Shown: one piece after another, positions 56,179 through 64,000 of the stretch
Numbering within the stretch: position 1 is the first letter of the stretch
Layout: each line of letters begins with the position of its first letter
Assembly: GCA_037443705.1 (NCBI GenBank)
Contig: JBBINV010000005.1
Location: 1,578-65,577, forward strand
From: Betaproteobacteria bacterium
Lineage (GTDB): Bacteria > Pseudomonadota > Gammaproteobacteria > Burkholderiales > SG8-39
DNA length: 64,000 nucleotides
Direction: 5' to 3'
Notes under the pieces: generated by a model
Databases searched by the model: none
The model's input: the letters and a program-made list of their open reading frames with translations, nothing else
Told to the model about the DNA's origin: nothing
Position numbers and translations under genes: made by a program

Positions 56179-56349
56179 GCGCAACCCTCCTCCCGGCCGG
56201 TGCCGGCTCCTTCGTCTGCATCAAGCGGGGACAGGGCCTGACTCAAGGATCGGCGGCCGGCTGGTTCGGGGCGGCCGCCGTACGTGCTCCTTCTGGGTAC
56301 CATAATGCTAGAGGAAACCCGCTTGATCAACGTCAAGAACTGCACGCAA

Positions 56350-57834
56350 ATGCGACCTCTTTTCATCCTATGGGTCGCCTTGCTCGGCGCGCTCGGCGGC
56401 TGCGCGGGGACCGGAGAGTTCTTCCGCGATGCCGGAGCGCCGCCCGCGCCGCAGCCGCGCGCGCTCGCCGGCTGGCCCTATCGCGAGCTCTGGAACGGCG
56501 TCGTGTTCAACGGCGCGAAGGTCGGGTTCACGCGCCTGGCGCTCGCGCCCGCTGCGGACGCGCCCGGGCGCTGGGATATCGAGTCCGAGGCGGCGCTCAG
56601 GATCCGCTTCCTCGGCATCGACAAGCGGGTGAGCCTGCGCGCGCGCGACCGCGTGCGCGACGATCTCACGCTCGAGCGCTTCGACTACGCCTACGAGCTC
56701 GACGGCAGCCCGCTCGCGGTGTCGGGCGAGTCCGATGGACGAATCATGGACATGAATGTCGCCGCCAGCGGAGTGCGAGAGGAGAAACGGCTTTTTCTCC
56801 AGTCCCCCGTCTATCCGCAAAGCGCGCTCGCGCTGCTCCCGGTGGCGAAGGGGCTCGCGGTGGGGCGCACGGACCGGTTCACGGTGCTCCAGGGCGAGAC
56901 GCAGGCGCTCGTGGAGACGACCCAGAGCACGCTCGCGTACGAGACCAGCACCCTGTTCGAGGGTCCGGCGTTCAGGATCGAGACCCGGTTGCTGGGCCTC
57001 GAGACCACGACCTGGATCGCGCCGGACGGACGGCCGGTGTTCGAGCTCGCGCTCCACGGCACCCTGATCTCGGCGCTCGAGCCCGAGGACGAGGCGAAGC
57101 GATACCTGGTGGCGGCGAGCCTCAACAAGGACGAGGCGCTCGTCGAATTCAGCCTCCTGCGGACGCCGCCCCTCGAGAATCCACGGGCGATCTCGCGGCT
57201 GGAGATCGAGCTTTCGGGCCTGCCGCCGGGGCTCGCGGTGCCAAGCGAGCCGGGCCAGGAATGCCGGCGCGAGGATTCGCGGGTGAGCTGTATCGTCGAC
57301 CGTCAAGCCCCGACCCTTTCCCGACCCGACGGCAGGCGGGCCAGGTATCTCGAGCCCACCTTGTCGGTCCCGAGCACCCACGGCGAGATCGCCTCGCTCG
57401 CGCGGAGCATTGCCGGCAGCGCGTCCGACGGCGAGGAACGGCTCGCAAGGCTGCTCGCGTGGATTGACGCCAACATCGCCAAGGAGGCGGTCGACGTGTT
57501 CACCGCGGCCGACGTGCTGCGCGAGCGCCGCGCCGAATGCCAGGGAAACGCCTACCTGCTCGCGGCATTCGCGCGCGCGCTCGGGCTTCCCGCGCGCGTG
57601 GTGAACGGCATCGTGTACTCCGGGACGCACGGCGGGTTCCTCTACCACACCTGGAACGAGATCTGGCTGGAGGGCAAGGGCTGGCGCGCCGCCGACCCTA
57701 CCTTCGGCCAGGCGCGAGCGGACGCCACGCACCTCAAGCTCCTGGAGGGGGAGTCGCCGCTCGAGCTCGCGCCGCTCGTCGGCATGGTCGGGAAAGCGCG
57801 CATCGACTCGGTCCGCGCCCTCTCGCGCTGGTAG
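56350..57834 (+). CDS. transglutaminase-like domain lipoprotein
   Basis: Lipobox LGALGGC, plus a C-terminal transglutaminase core (RRAECQGNAYLLAAFARALGLPARVVNG...HTWNEIWL...ADPT = Cys-His-Asp). Confidence 0.8.
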   Translation: MRPLFILWVALLGALGGCAGTGEFFRDAGAPPAPQPRALAGWPYRELWNGVVFNGAKVGFTRLALAPAADAPGRWDIESEAALRIRFLGIDKRVSLRARDRVRDDLTLERFDYAYELDGSPLAVSGESDGRIMDMNVAASGVREEKRLFLQSPVYPQSALALLPVAKGLAVGRTDRFTVLQGETQALVETTQSTLAYETSTLFEGPAFRIETRLLGLETTTWIAPDGRPVFELALHGTLISALEPEDEAKRYLVAASLNKDEALVEFSLLRTPPLENPRAISRLEIELSGLPPGLAVPSEPGQECRREDSRVSCIVDRQAPTLSRPDGRRARYLEPTLSVPSTHGEIASLARSIAGSASDGEERLARLLAWIDANIAKEAVDVFTAADVLRERRAECQGNAYLLAAFARALGLPARVVNGIVYSGTHGGFLYHTWNEIWLEGKGWRAADPTFGQARADATHLKLLEGESPLELAPLVGMVGKARIDSVRALSRW

Positions 57835-57849
57835 AATGCGCCGCTCGGC

Positions 57850-58386
57850 ATGAAGTTCCTGTTCGACCTCTTCCCGGTCATCCTCTTTTTCGTCGCCTTC
57901 AAGCTGGCCGGCATCTACGTCGCCACCGCAGTCGCGATCGCCGCCACGTTCCTGCAGATCGGCTGGCTGGCGATCCGGAAGAAGAAGATCGACATGATGC
58001 TCTGGGCGAGCCTCGGGATCATCGTGGTGTTCGGCGGGGCGACCCTGCTGCTCCGGGACGAGACCTTCATCAAGTGGAAGCCCACGGTGCTTTACTGGCT
58101 CTTCGGCGCGGTGCTTGCGATCGCCGAGCTCGCGTTCCGGCGCAACCTCATCCGCGCCATGCTCTCGGAGCAGGTGCGGCTGCCCGGCCCGGTGTGGGCC
58201 CGGCTCAACTGGAGCTGGATCGGGTTCTTCGCCGCGATGGGAGGCCTGAACCTCTACGTCGCCTACAATTTCTCCACCGACCTGTGGGTGAGCTTCAAGC
58301 TGTTCGGCGGCGTGGGGCTGATGCTGCTGTTCGTCATTGCGCAGGCGGTGTTCCTCGCGCGCCATCTCGAGGAGCCCAGGCCGTGA
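57850..58386 (+). CDS. yciB: intracellular septation protein A
   Basis: [18 protein letters not shown]..., five hydrophobic segments, about 178 aa. Conserved YciB N-terminus. Confidence 0.9.
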   Translation: MKFLFDLFPVILFFVAFKLAGIYVATAVAIAATFLQIGWLAIRKKKIDMMLWASLGIIVVFGGATLLLRDETFIKWKPTVLYWLFGAVLAIAELAFRRNLIRAMLSEQVRLPGPVWARLNWSWIGFFAAMGGLNLYVAYNFSTDLWVSFKLFGGVGLMLLFVIAQAVFLARHLEEPRP

Positions 58387-58655
58387 GCTTCGCCGACGAG
58401 ATGCGCCGCAGGCTCCAGGCGCTCGCGCCGGAAAGGCTCGAGCTCCTCGACGAGAGCGCGCAGCACGCGGGCCACGCGGGCTCCCGCCCCGGCGGCAATA
58501 CCCACTGGCGGCTCCTGATCGTGTCGAGCGCGTTCTCCGGCAAGCCCACGGTGGCGCGCCACCGCATGGTCTACGCGGCGCTCGGCGAGCTGATGAACGA
58601 TCCGATCCATGCGCTCGCGATCACGGCCCGCGCGCCGGGCGAACCTGGCGCATAA
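58383..58655 (+). CDS. BolA-family protein
   Basis: [10 protein letters not shown]...[28 protein letters not shown]...IHALAI. GTGA overlap with yciB. Confidence 0.85.
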   Translation: MSFADEMRRRLQALAPERLELLDESAQHAGHAGSRPGGNTHWRLLIVSSAFSGKPTVARHRMVYAALGELMNDPIHALAITARAPGEPGA

Positions 58656-58696
58656 TGCCCCGGATTTCTTCGAAGAATTCTTCTGAAAGGCAAACG

Positions 58697-59485
58697 ATGA
58701 AACTGCCGATCCTCGCCGCGGCGCTCGCCGCCCTGCCCACCCTCGCGGCGGCGCAGGCCCCCGCGCCCGAGAAAGGGCCGCTCGCGACCGTCAACGGCGT
58801 CGCGGTGCCGCGCGAGCGCATGGAGTTCATGATCAAGCAGCAGGCCGCGCGCGGAACGCCGGACAACCCGCAGATCCGGACCCAGCTGCGCGAGGAGCTG
58901 ATCAACCGCGAGGTGCTCCTGCAGGAGGCGACCCGCACCGGCATCGCCAGGAGCCGCGACGTACAGACGCAGCTCGAGCTCGCGCGCCAGGAGGTCATCG
59001 TACAGGCGTACCTGCGCAGCTACCTCGAGAAGAACCCGGTGAGCGACGCCGAGATCCAGTCCGAGTACGACCGCGCCAAGGCCCAGACCGGCACCACCGA
59101 GTACAAGGCGCGCCACATCCTGGTGGAGACCGAGGACGAGGCGAAACGCCTGATCGCGGAGCTGAAGAAAGGGGCCAAGTTCGAGGAGCTGGCGCAGAAG
59201 CACTCCAGGGACTCGAACAAGGACCGCGGCGGGGACCTCGGCTGGAACGTGCCCGGGATCTACGACAAGACCTTCGCGGAGGCGATGGTCAAGCTCGAGA
59301 AGGGCAGGATGACGGAAGCGCCGGTGCAGACCCGCTTCGGTTTCCACGTGATCCGCCTGGACGACGTGCGCCCGGTCAAGTTCCCCGCGCTCGCCGAGGT
59401 AAAGGGCCGCATCCAGCAGCGCCTGACGCAGATCAGAATCGAGAAGCTGGTGTCGGACCTGCGCGGAAAGGCGAAGGTCGAGTAG
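58697..59485 (+). CDS. periplasmic parvulin-type peptidyl-prolyl cis-trans isomerase
   Basis: Signal peptide, then the rotamase core (YKARHILVETEDEAKRLIAELKKGAKFEELAQKHS.D......GGDLGW...FGFHVI). Confidence 0.9.
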   Translation: MKLPILAAALAALPTLAAAQAPAPEKGPLATVNGVAVPRERMEFMIKQQAARGTPDNPQIRTQLREELINREVLLQEATRTGIARSRDVQTQLELARQEVIVQAYLRSYLEKNPVSDAEIQSEYDRAKAQTGTTEYKARHILVETEDEAKRLIAELKKGAKFEELAQKHSRDSNKDRGGDLGWNVPGIYDKTFAEAMVKLEKGRMTEAPVQTRFGFHVIRLDDVRPVKFPALAEVKGRIQQRLTQIRIEKLVSDLRGKAKVE

Positions 59486-59489
59486 CCGC

Positions 59490-60368
59490 TCAGCGCTTCG
59501 CGAGCGCGAGGAGCACCGCGCCGAGCGCGCCGCTCGCGACGAGCGCGGCGCCCAGCGCGAGGTACGCCACCGCGCCCAGCACGAAGCCGCTCTCGGGCGA
59601 ATAACCCGAAAGCCCGAAGAGCGCGGCGTACGCCGCCTCGCGCACCCCGATGCCCTGGACCGTGGCGGGCACCGCCCGGGCGATCTCGGCCGCCGTCGCT
59701 ACGGCGAGCAGCGTGTACCACGGGATCTCGATCCCGAGGCGCAGCGCCGCGAATTGCACGACCGCGAGCCAGAGCGCGAGCGCCGCGAGCGACAGCGCGA
59801 GCGGCCCGGCGTTGCCGCGCGCCGTGCCGTCCTCGATCGCTTCACGAAGCCGTTCGTTCCAGTTCCCCGGGAGGGGGATGCGTCGAATCAGGGACGGAAG
59901 CAGACCCATCCCCGCGAGACCCAGCACCGCGGCGGCCCCGAGAGCGCGCCACGACGCGGAGCCCGCGCCGGCGAGCTCCATCGCCGCGACGCCGAGCGCG
60001 AGCCCGGCGAGCATCGAGGCGAGGCCGAGCAGCCGCTCGCGCACCAGGATCGCGACGAGCGCGAGGTCGCCGGTCCGGCCGCCACGCAAGGCAAAGAACC
60101 GGTAGACGTCGCCGCCGATGTTGCCCGGCGAGACCGCGTTGGCAAGGTTGGCGTAGAGGTAGCGCGCGGTGCCCGCGCGGCCGCCGCCCGAAAGGAGATG
60201 CCAGCGCGCCGCGAGCGGCGCGAACGTCGTGCACGCGAGCAGCACCGCCGCAGCCACCGCCCCCGGCGTGAGCCGCGCCGCGGCTTCGGCGAGCCTGGGC
60301 CAGTCGAGGAGCCAGAGCGCGGCCGCGAGGAGCGCGATGCCCGCGAGCCACCTGGCGAGCGTCTTCAC
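59490..60368 (-). CDS. flippase-like / lysylphosphatidylglycerol-synthase-TM-region family membrane protein
   Basis: Multi-pass membrane protein with the SPGNIGGDVYRFFAL motif. GTGA overlap with the upstream gene. Confidence 0.8.
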   Translation of the reverse strand: MKTLARWLAGIALLAAALWLLDWPRLAEAAARLTPGAVAAAVLLACTTFAPLAARWHLLSGGGRAGTARYLYANLANAVSPGNIGGDVYRFFALRGGRTGDLALVAILVRERLLGLASMLAGLALGVAAMELAGAGSASWRALGAAAVLGLAGMGLLPSLIRRIPLPGNWNERLREAIEDGTARGNAGPLALSLAALALWLAVVQFAALRLGIEIPWYTLLAVATAAEIARAVPATVQGIGVREAAYAALFGLSGYSPESGFVLGAVAYLALGAALVASGALGAVLLALAKR

Positions 60369-61075
60369 GCCGCGCGTCCGTAGACCGTCAGCAGGTGCCG
60401 CGGCTGCATGAAGCTCGCGTGCGGCGCGGGCTCGCCTTCGCGCCACGCGAGGCCGTGGGCGCGCGCTTGCTCGCGCAATCCCGGCCCCTCGCAGCGTCTC
60501 GGCAGGAGATAAAGGTACGGAACGCGCTCCCTGAGAAATGCCTCGTCTGTCTCTCCGTGGATCAGAAGAGCGATTCTCAACGCGATCGCATCCAGCCACC
60601 GGCCCCGGATCGACGCGAGCACGCGCCGCACGAGCCAGAGCATCCGGTTGCAGGGACCGCAGTCCGGGAGCGAGGCGATGAGCAGCCCGCCCGGCGCAAG
60701 ATCGGCCGCGAGCTTCGCGAGGAGCATCCCGGTCGGCGCTTCGATCAGGTGCAGCGCCGAGTCGCTCACGATGACATCGAAGGGTCCGGCGTCGAAGCGC
60801 AGGTAGTCGGCGCACGAGAATTCGATCCGTTTCGCGTCGAACCGTCCGGCGCGCGCGCGCTCGATGTTCGCCGCCGACAGATCGATTCCGCGAAAGCTCG
60901 CCTGCGGCATTCTTTCGGCGAGCGCGAAGACATGCGCGCCGGTGCCGCAGCCGATGTCGAGAACCCGCAGGCTCGCGCCGGCGTCGACCCGGCGCACGAC
61001 CGCATCCGCGAACCACGCCGCGCGCGCGGCGGGCGCGCCGAAGGTCGATCCGGCGAAGGGCGCGGCGCCGCTCAC
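60365..61075 (-). CDS. class I SAM-dependent methyltransferase
   Basis: VLDIGCGTGAHVF motif I, plus DVIVSDSALHL and LAPGGLL. GTGA overlaps at both ends. Confidence 0.8.
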   Translation of the reverse strand: MSGAAPFAGSTFGAPAARAAWFADAVVRRVDAGASLRVLDIGCGTGAHVFALAERMPQASFRGIDLSAANIERARAGRFDAKRIEFSCADYLRFDAGPFDVIVSDSALHLIEAPTGMLLAKLAADLAPGGLLIASLPDCGPCNRMLWLVRRVLASIRGRWLDAIALRIALLIHGETDEAFLRERVPYLYLLPRRCEGPGLREQARAHGLAWREGEPAPHASFMQPRHLLTVYGRAA

Positions 61076-62091
61076 AGCCCGGCGCGCTCGAGCACCTGCG
61101 CCGGGCTCGAGAACGCGAGATGGCCGGACGCGCGCACGTGCGAGAGGAAGTCGCGGTAGGCCGCGCGCATGTCCGGATTGCCCGAGAAGCGCGCCTCGCA
61201 GTGCGTGAGCAGCACCACCACGCCGCCCGAGCGCGCGATCGCGTCCGCGCACTCGATCCACAGGCGCGCGATCTCGCTCGCGCGGTAGCCGAGGAACAGG
61301 AGCGATCCGTCGCGCGGCAGGCTCACCGGGATCTCGGGCATCCCTTCCGCGAGGAACGGGCGCGCGCTCGCGCAGCCGTTGTTCGGCACCGGGAACAGCC
61401 CGCCCGAGGTCGGGATGCTGCTGTCGTAGCGGTACAGCCCCTGCAGGTCCGCGAGCAGCGCGCGCGTGCGAAGCAGCGAGGGCGCGCGATAGCCCGCGAC
61501 GCCGTAGCGGGTGATCATCTCGCGCGCGGCGTTCAGGCGCTGCGCGCGCGCGGCGGGCGCGGCGAAGGGCGTGCGGTTCGCGTGATCGTAGCCGTGCACG
61601 CCGATCTCGTGGCCGCGCGCGCGCGCCTCCGTCAGCAGCGCGTGCTCGAGCGGCCAGGCGCAAGGCACCACGAAGTTCACCGAGCGGGCGCCTGCCGCCT
61701 CCTCCATCGGCAGGAAATCGCGCGCGAGATTTTGCAGTCCCTCCGGGGAATCGAGGTCGTGGGACAGGATCACCGGCGCCGCGCCGCCCGCGAAGGGCGA
61801 GCGGGCCCCGAGCGCGTCGGCAAGGAAGTCCGCGCTCAGGTCGAGCGGCCAGACCGGAAATCGCGCCCAGGTGCCGCTGCGGCGCCGCTGCAGCCGGCCG
61901 AGCGCGCTCGCGAGAACCGATCGAAACCTCCCTGGAATCCGCTGGTACGAAAACGGCAGGCGGGAGGACGCGGGGGGCGATTCCGTGAACGCGGCGAGCG
62001 AACGAAGGTTCTGAACGATTTCCCGGTCCCCCCCTGGGACCGAACCTTCCGCAAGTGCATCCCAGACCGATTCCGGCAATGAAATGCGCAT
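61072..62091 (-). CDS. polysaccharide-deacetylase (NodB/ArnD-like) family protein
   Basis: VILSHDLD (Asp motif), IGVHGYDH (His-His metal motif) and AGYRAPSL. Confidence 0.8.
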   Translation of the reverse strand: MRISLPESVWDALAEGSVPGGDREIVQNLRSLAAFTESPPASSRLPFSYQRIPGRFRSVLASALGRLQRRRSGTWARFPVWPLDLSADFLADALGARSPFAGGAAPVILSHDLDSPEGLQNLARDFLPMEEAAGARSVNFVVPCAWPLEHALLTEARARGHEIGVHGYDHANRTPFAAPAARAQRLNAAREMITRYGVAGYRAPSLLRTRALLADLQGLYRYDSSIPTSGGLFPVPNNGCASARPFLAEGMPEIPVSLPRDGSLLFLGYRASEIARLWIECADAIARSGGVVVLLTHCEARFSGNPDMRAAYRDFLSHVRASGHLAFSSPAQVLERAGL

Positions 62092-62137
62092 GCCGCGGGC
62101 CCATTCGGGGCCGGGGCCCGCCTCGATTCGCCGGCAG

Positions 62138-63106
62138 CTAAGCGGCGCGCCCGCCGGCACGGGGGTCGATGGCGGGGCCGCACTCGGCGGCCACGAAATA
62201 GAGCGGCCGGCGCACGGCCTCGAGGTATATCCGGTAGAGGTATTCGCCGACCATCCCCATCAGCAGGAACTGGATGCCGAAGAACACCGTGAGCACCAGC
62301 ATCACGCTCGTATAGCCCGGGACCGGGTCGCCGAGCAGCCAGCTCGCGAAGATGTAGGCGGCGAGCGGAACGTTGAGCACCGAGATCACGATGCCGAGCG
62401 TCGTGGTGAGCCGGATAGGCAGCGCCGAGAATCCCACGAAGGCGTCGTACATCGTGCGCAGCATCCGGCCGAAGGTCCAGCCCGAGGCCCCGGCACGGCG
62501 GCGCGCGCGGTCGTATTCCACCGTCTCCTGCCGGAACCCCGTCCAGCCCACGAGCGCGAAGGTGATCCGGCTGTGCTCGCGCATCGCCTGCACCGCCTCG
62601 ATCACCTTGCGGTCGGCGAGAAGGAAGCTGCCGGTCGTGAAGCGCGAACCCCGCGGCATCGCGTAGCGGCGCATCAGGGCGGCGAAACCGCGGCTCGCGA
62701 GGCGCCGCCAGAGGCTGTCGTCGCGCTGGCGGCGGTGCCCCCACACGATGTCGGCGCCCGCCTTCCACTTCTCGGCGAACGCGAGCACGGCCGCGGGCGG
62801 GTCCTGCAGGTCGCAGGCGAGGACGGCGGCGGCGTCGCCCTGCGCGCGGTCGAGCCCCGCGCAGATGGCGATGTGCGAGCCGAAGTTGCGCGAAAGCCGC
62901 AAGCCCCGGAAGCGCGCGTCCTCCGCGCAGATCGCCTCGATCACCGGCCAGCTGCGGTCGGTGCTGCCGTCATCCACCAGCAGCACGTCATAGGCGATGT
63001 CCTCGCGCGCGAGGAGCACCTGGCGCACCGCCGCGGCGTAATGCGGCAGGCTCGCCTCCTCGTTGTACACGGGCGTGACCACGGTGATGCGGCGGCGCCC
63101 GGTCAT
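62138..63106 (-). CDS. GT2 polyprenyl-phosphate glycosyltransferase (ArnC/GtrB/DPM1-like)
   Basis: ITVVTPVYNEE...VDDGSTD...LSRNFG...CDLQDPP, plus two C-terminal TM helices. ATGA overlap with the upstream gene. Confidence 0.9.
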   Translation of the reverse strand: MTGRRRITVVTPVYNEEASLPHYAAAVRQVLLAREDIAYDVLLVDDGSTDRSWPVIEAICAEDARFRGLRLSRNFGSHIAICAGLDRAQGDAAAVLACDLQDPPAAVLAFAEKWKAGADIVWGHRRQRDDSLWRRLASRGFAALMRRYAMPRGSRFTTGSFLLADRKVIEAVQAMREHSRITFALVGWTGFRQETVEYDRARRRAGASGWTFGRMLRTMYDAFVGFSALPIRLTTTLGIVISVLNVPLAAYIFASWLLGDPVPGYTSVMLVLTVFFGIQFLLMGMVGEYLYRIYLEAVRRPLYFVAAECGPAIDPRAGGRAA

Positions 63107-63978
63107 GGCCTGCTCTCGGGCTTCACCACGTGCACGAAGATCGAGGGCGCGAACGGCAGCATCGCGCGCCGGCCGATGAACGGCGCATCGAGGAACTTGA
63201 GGGGGAACAGCAAAGCGCAGCAGGCGAGGTACGCGAGCGCCTTGATCCGGGGCATCCCCAGCGAAACGGCGGTCGCGGCGAGCTCCGCGAAGAGGACCAG
63301 GAACAGCGTGAACGGCCCGGCGGCGTTTATCAGCTCGCGCACCGTCCATCCGGAGAACAGCCGCCGCACCCCCATGTGCGTGAAGCGGCGGTAGTCGTGC
63401 GGCGAGGCGTGGAACGGATAGAGAAACGGGATCTGGTGCAGCCCCGCGCCGCCCGCGCGCGTGCAGCGCCGGAAACCCTCCACCACGCGGCCGGCATCGG
63501 GCACGTGCTCGAGCACGCTGCGCGTGACGAACGCGTCCACCGACGCGGGCTTGAAGGGCAGACTCTCCAGGTCGCACACCAGGTCCACGGCGGCGTAATC
63601 GTACAGGTCGAGGCCGATCGCGTCAGGATTGCAGCGCTCGCTCCCGCAGCCGGCGTCCACCACGATTCCGCGCGCGCAATCCAGCGTCCGTCGCACGCGC
63701 GCGCCAAAAGGAAAGGGATACGTGGGCCCAAGGATGCGCACGCCCACCGCGTAGTACCAGCGCCCGAACAGGCGCTTGAGACGCCCCTTGAGCGCGTCCA
63801 TCGCGTCGCCGGCCGACGCCGGCTCGCGGAAATACACCCGGCCGTCACGCACCGGATACGCGGCGCCGCAGTTCGCGCAACCCAAGCCGGATTCCATGGC
63901 CTGCAGACCGCCGCCGCAACCCGGGCACGCGAGCGCAGGGAGGATGCGCGCGATGCGCGGCGCCAGGCTCACCGCCAT
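63103..63978 (-). CDS. methyltransferase-domain protein with N-terminal Trm112-like Cys4 zinc ribbon and hydrophobic C-terminus
   Basis: CPGCGG...CANCG..YPVRDGRVYF, then VVDAGCGS...RSVLEHVPD (type 11 methyltransferase), then two hydrophobic segments. Confidence 0.8.
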   Translation of the reverse strand: MAVSLAPRIARILPALACPGCGGGLQAMESGLGCANCGAAYPVRDGRVYFREPASAGDAMDALKGRLKRLFGRWYYAVGVRILGPTYPFPFGARVRRTLDCARGIVVDAGCGSERCNPDAIGLDLYDYAAVDLVCDLESLPFKPASVDAFVTRSVLEHVPDAGRVVEGFRRCTRAGGAGLHQIPFLYPFHASPHDYRRFTHMGVRRLFSGWTVRELINAAGPFTLFLVLFAELAATAVSLGMPRIKALAYLACCALLFPLKFLDAPFIGRRAMLPFAPSIFVHVVKPESRP

Positions 63979-64000
63979 GTCCCGAACTCCGGGCCGAGCA

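Overview
Very GC-rich bacterial chromosomal DNA: third codon positions are almost all G/C, so the six-frame track is full of long spurious Arg/Ala/Pro/Gly-rich ORFs. Gene content suggests a Betaproteobacterium of the Burkholderiales type, based on a Bug-family solute-binding protein, the aerobic benzoyl-CoA (box) pathway and yciB-bolA-ppiC synteny. This taxonomy is inference only. I support about 60 protein-coding genes and found no rRNA, tRNA, CRISPR array, transposase or integrase. Left to right the window contains: (1) a truncated aldo/keto reductase, nfi and a flavin monooxygenase. (2) A 10-gene minus-strand operon (2741-14189) of CoA-dependent organic-acid enzymes with a divergent PcaQ-like LysR regulator. 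(3) A small aromatic/meta-cleavage-like set: VOC, NAD-binding, PhtD-like and LigJ-like proteins. (4) The benzoate-CoA ligase and box cluster (flavodoxin-bclA divergent from boxR-boxC-boxB-boxA) with a second boxB paralog and a small Cys4 ORF. (5) A REC-PAS-GGDEF-EAL protein, phaC and a feruloyl-CoA-synthase-like ligase. (6) Two back-to-back toxin-antitoxin pairs, MNT/HepT and Phd-type/VapC. (7) A roughly 19 kb uninterrupted minus-strand signalling block (37204-56178). It starts with a globin-coupled kinase, a HisKA_2 kinase, an ANTAR regulator and a multi-PAS HisKA_2 kinase. An F7/Che2-like chemosensory cluster with three MCPs and a STAS protein follows, then accessory genes. (8) yciB-bolA-ppiC housekeeping genes. 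(9) A 5-gene envelope glycolipid-modification-like operon. Many gene junctions are ATGA/GTGA/TTGA 4-nt overlaps, which implies translational coupling. Main points for follow-up: the three-kinase/one-ANTAR operon headed by a globin sensor, an 808-bp perfect direct repeat shared by two MCP genes flanking cheW, and the duplicated BoxB oxygenase. Two apparent gene lesions also stand out: a 1-nt frameshift in a G5 run and an in-frame amber codon. The two orphan operons (catabolic and envelope) are also worth a look. All functional calls rest on my own recognition of motifs in the translated ORFs; no database search was run.
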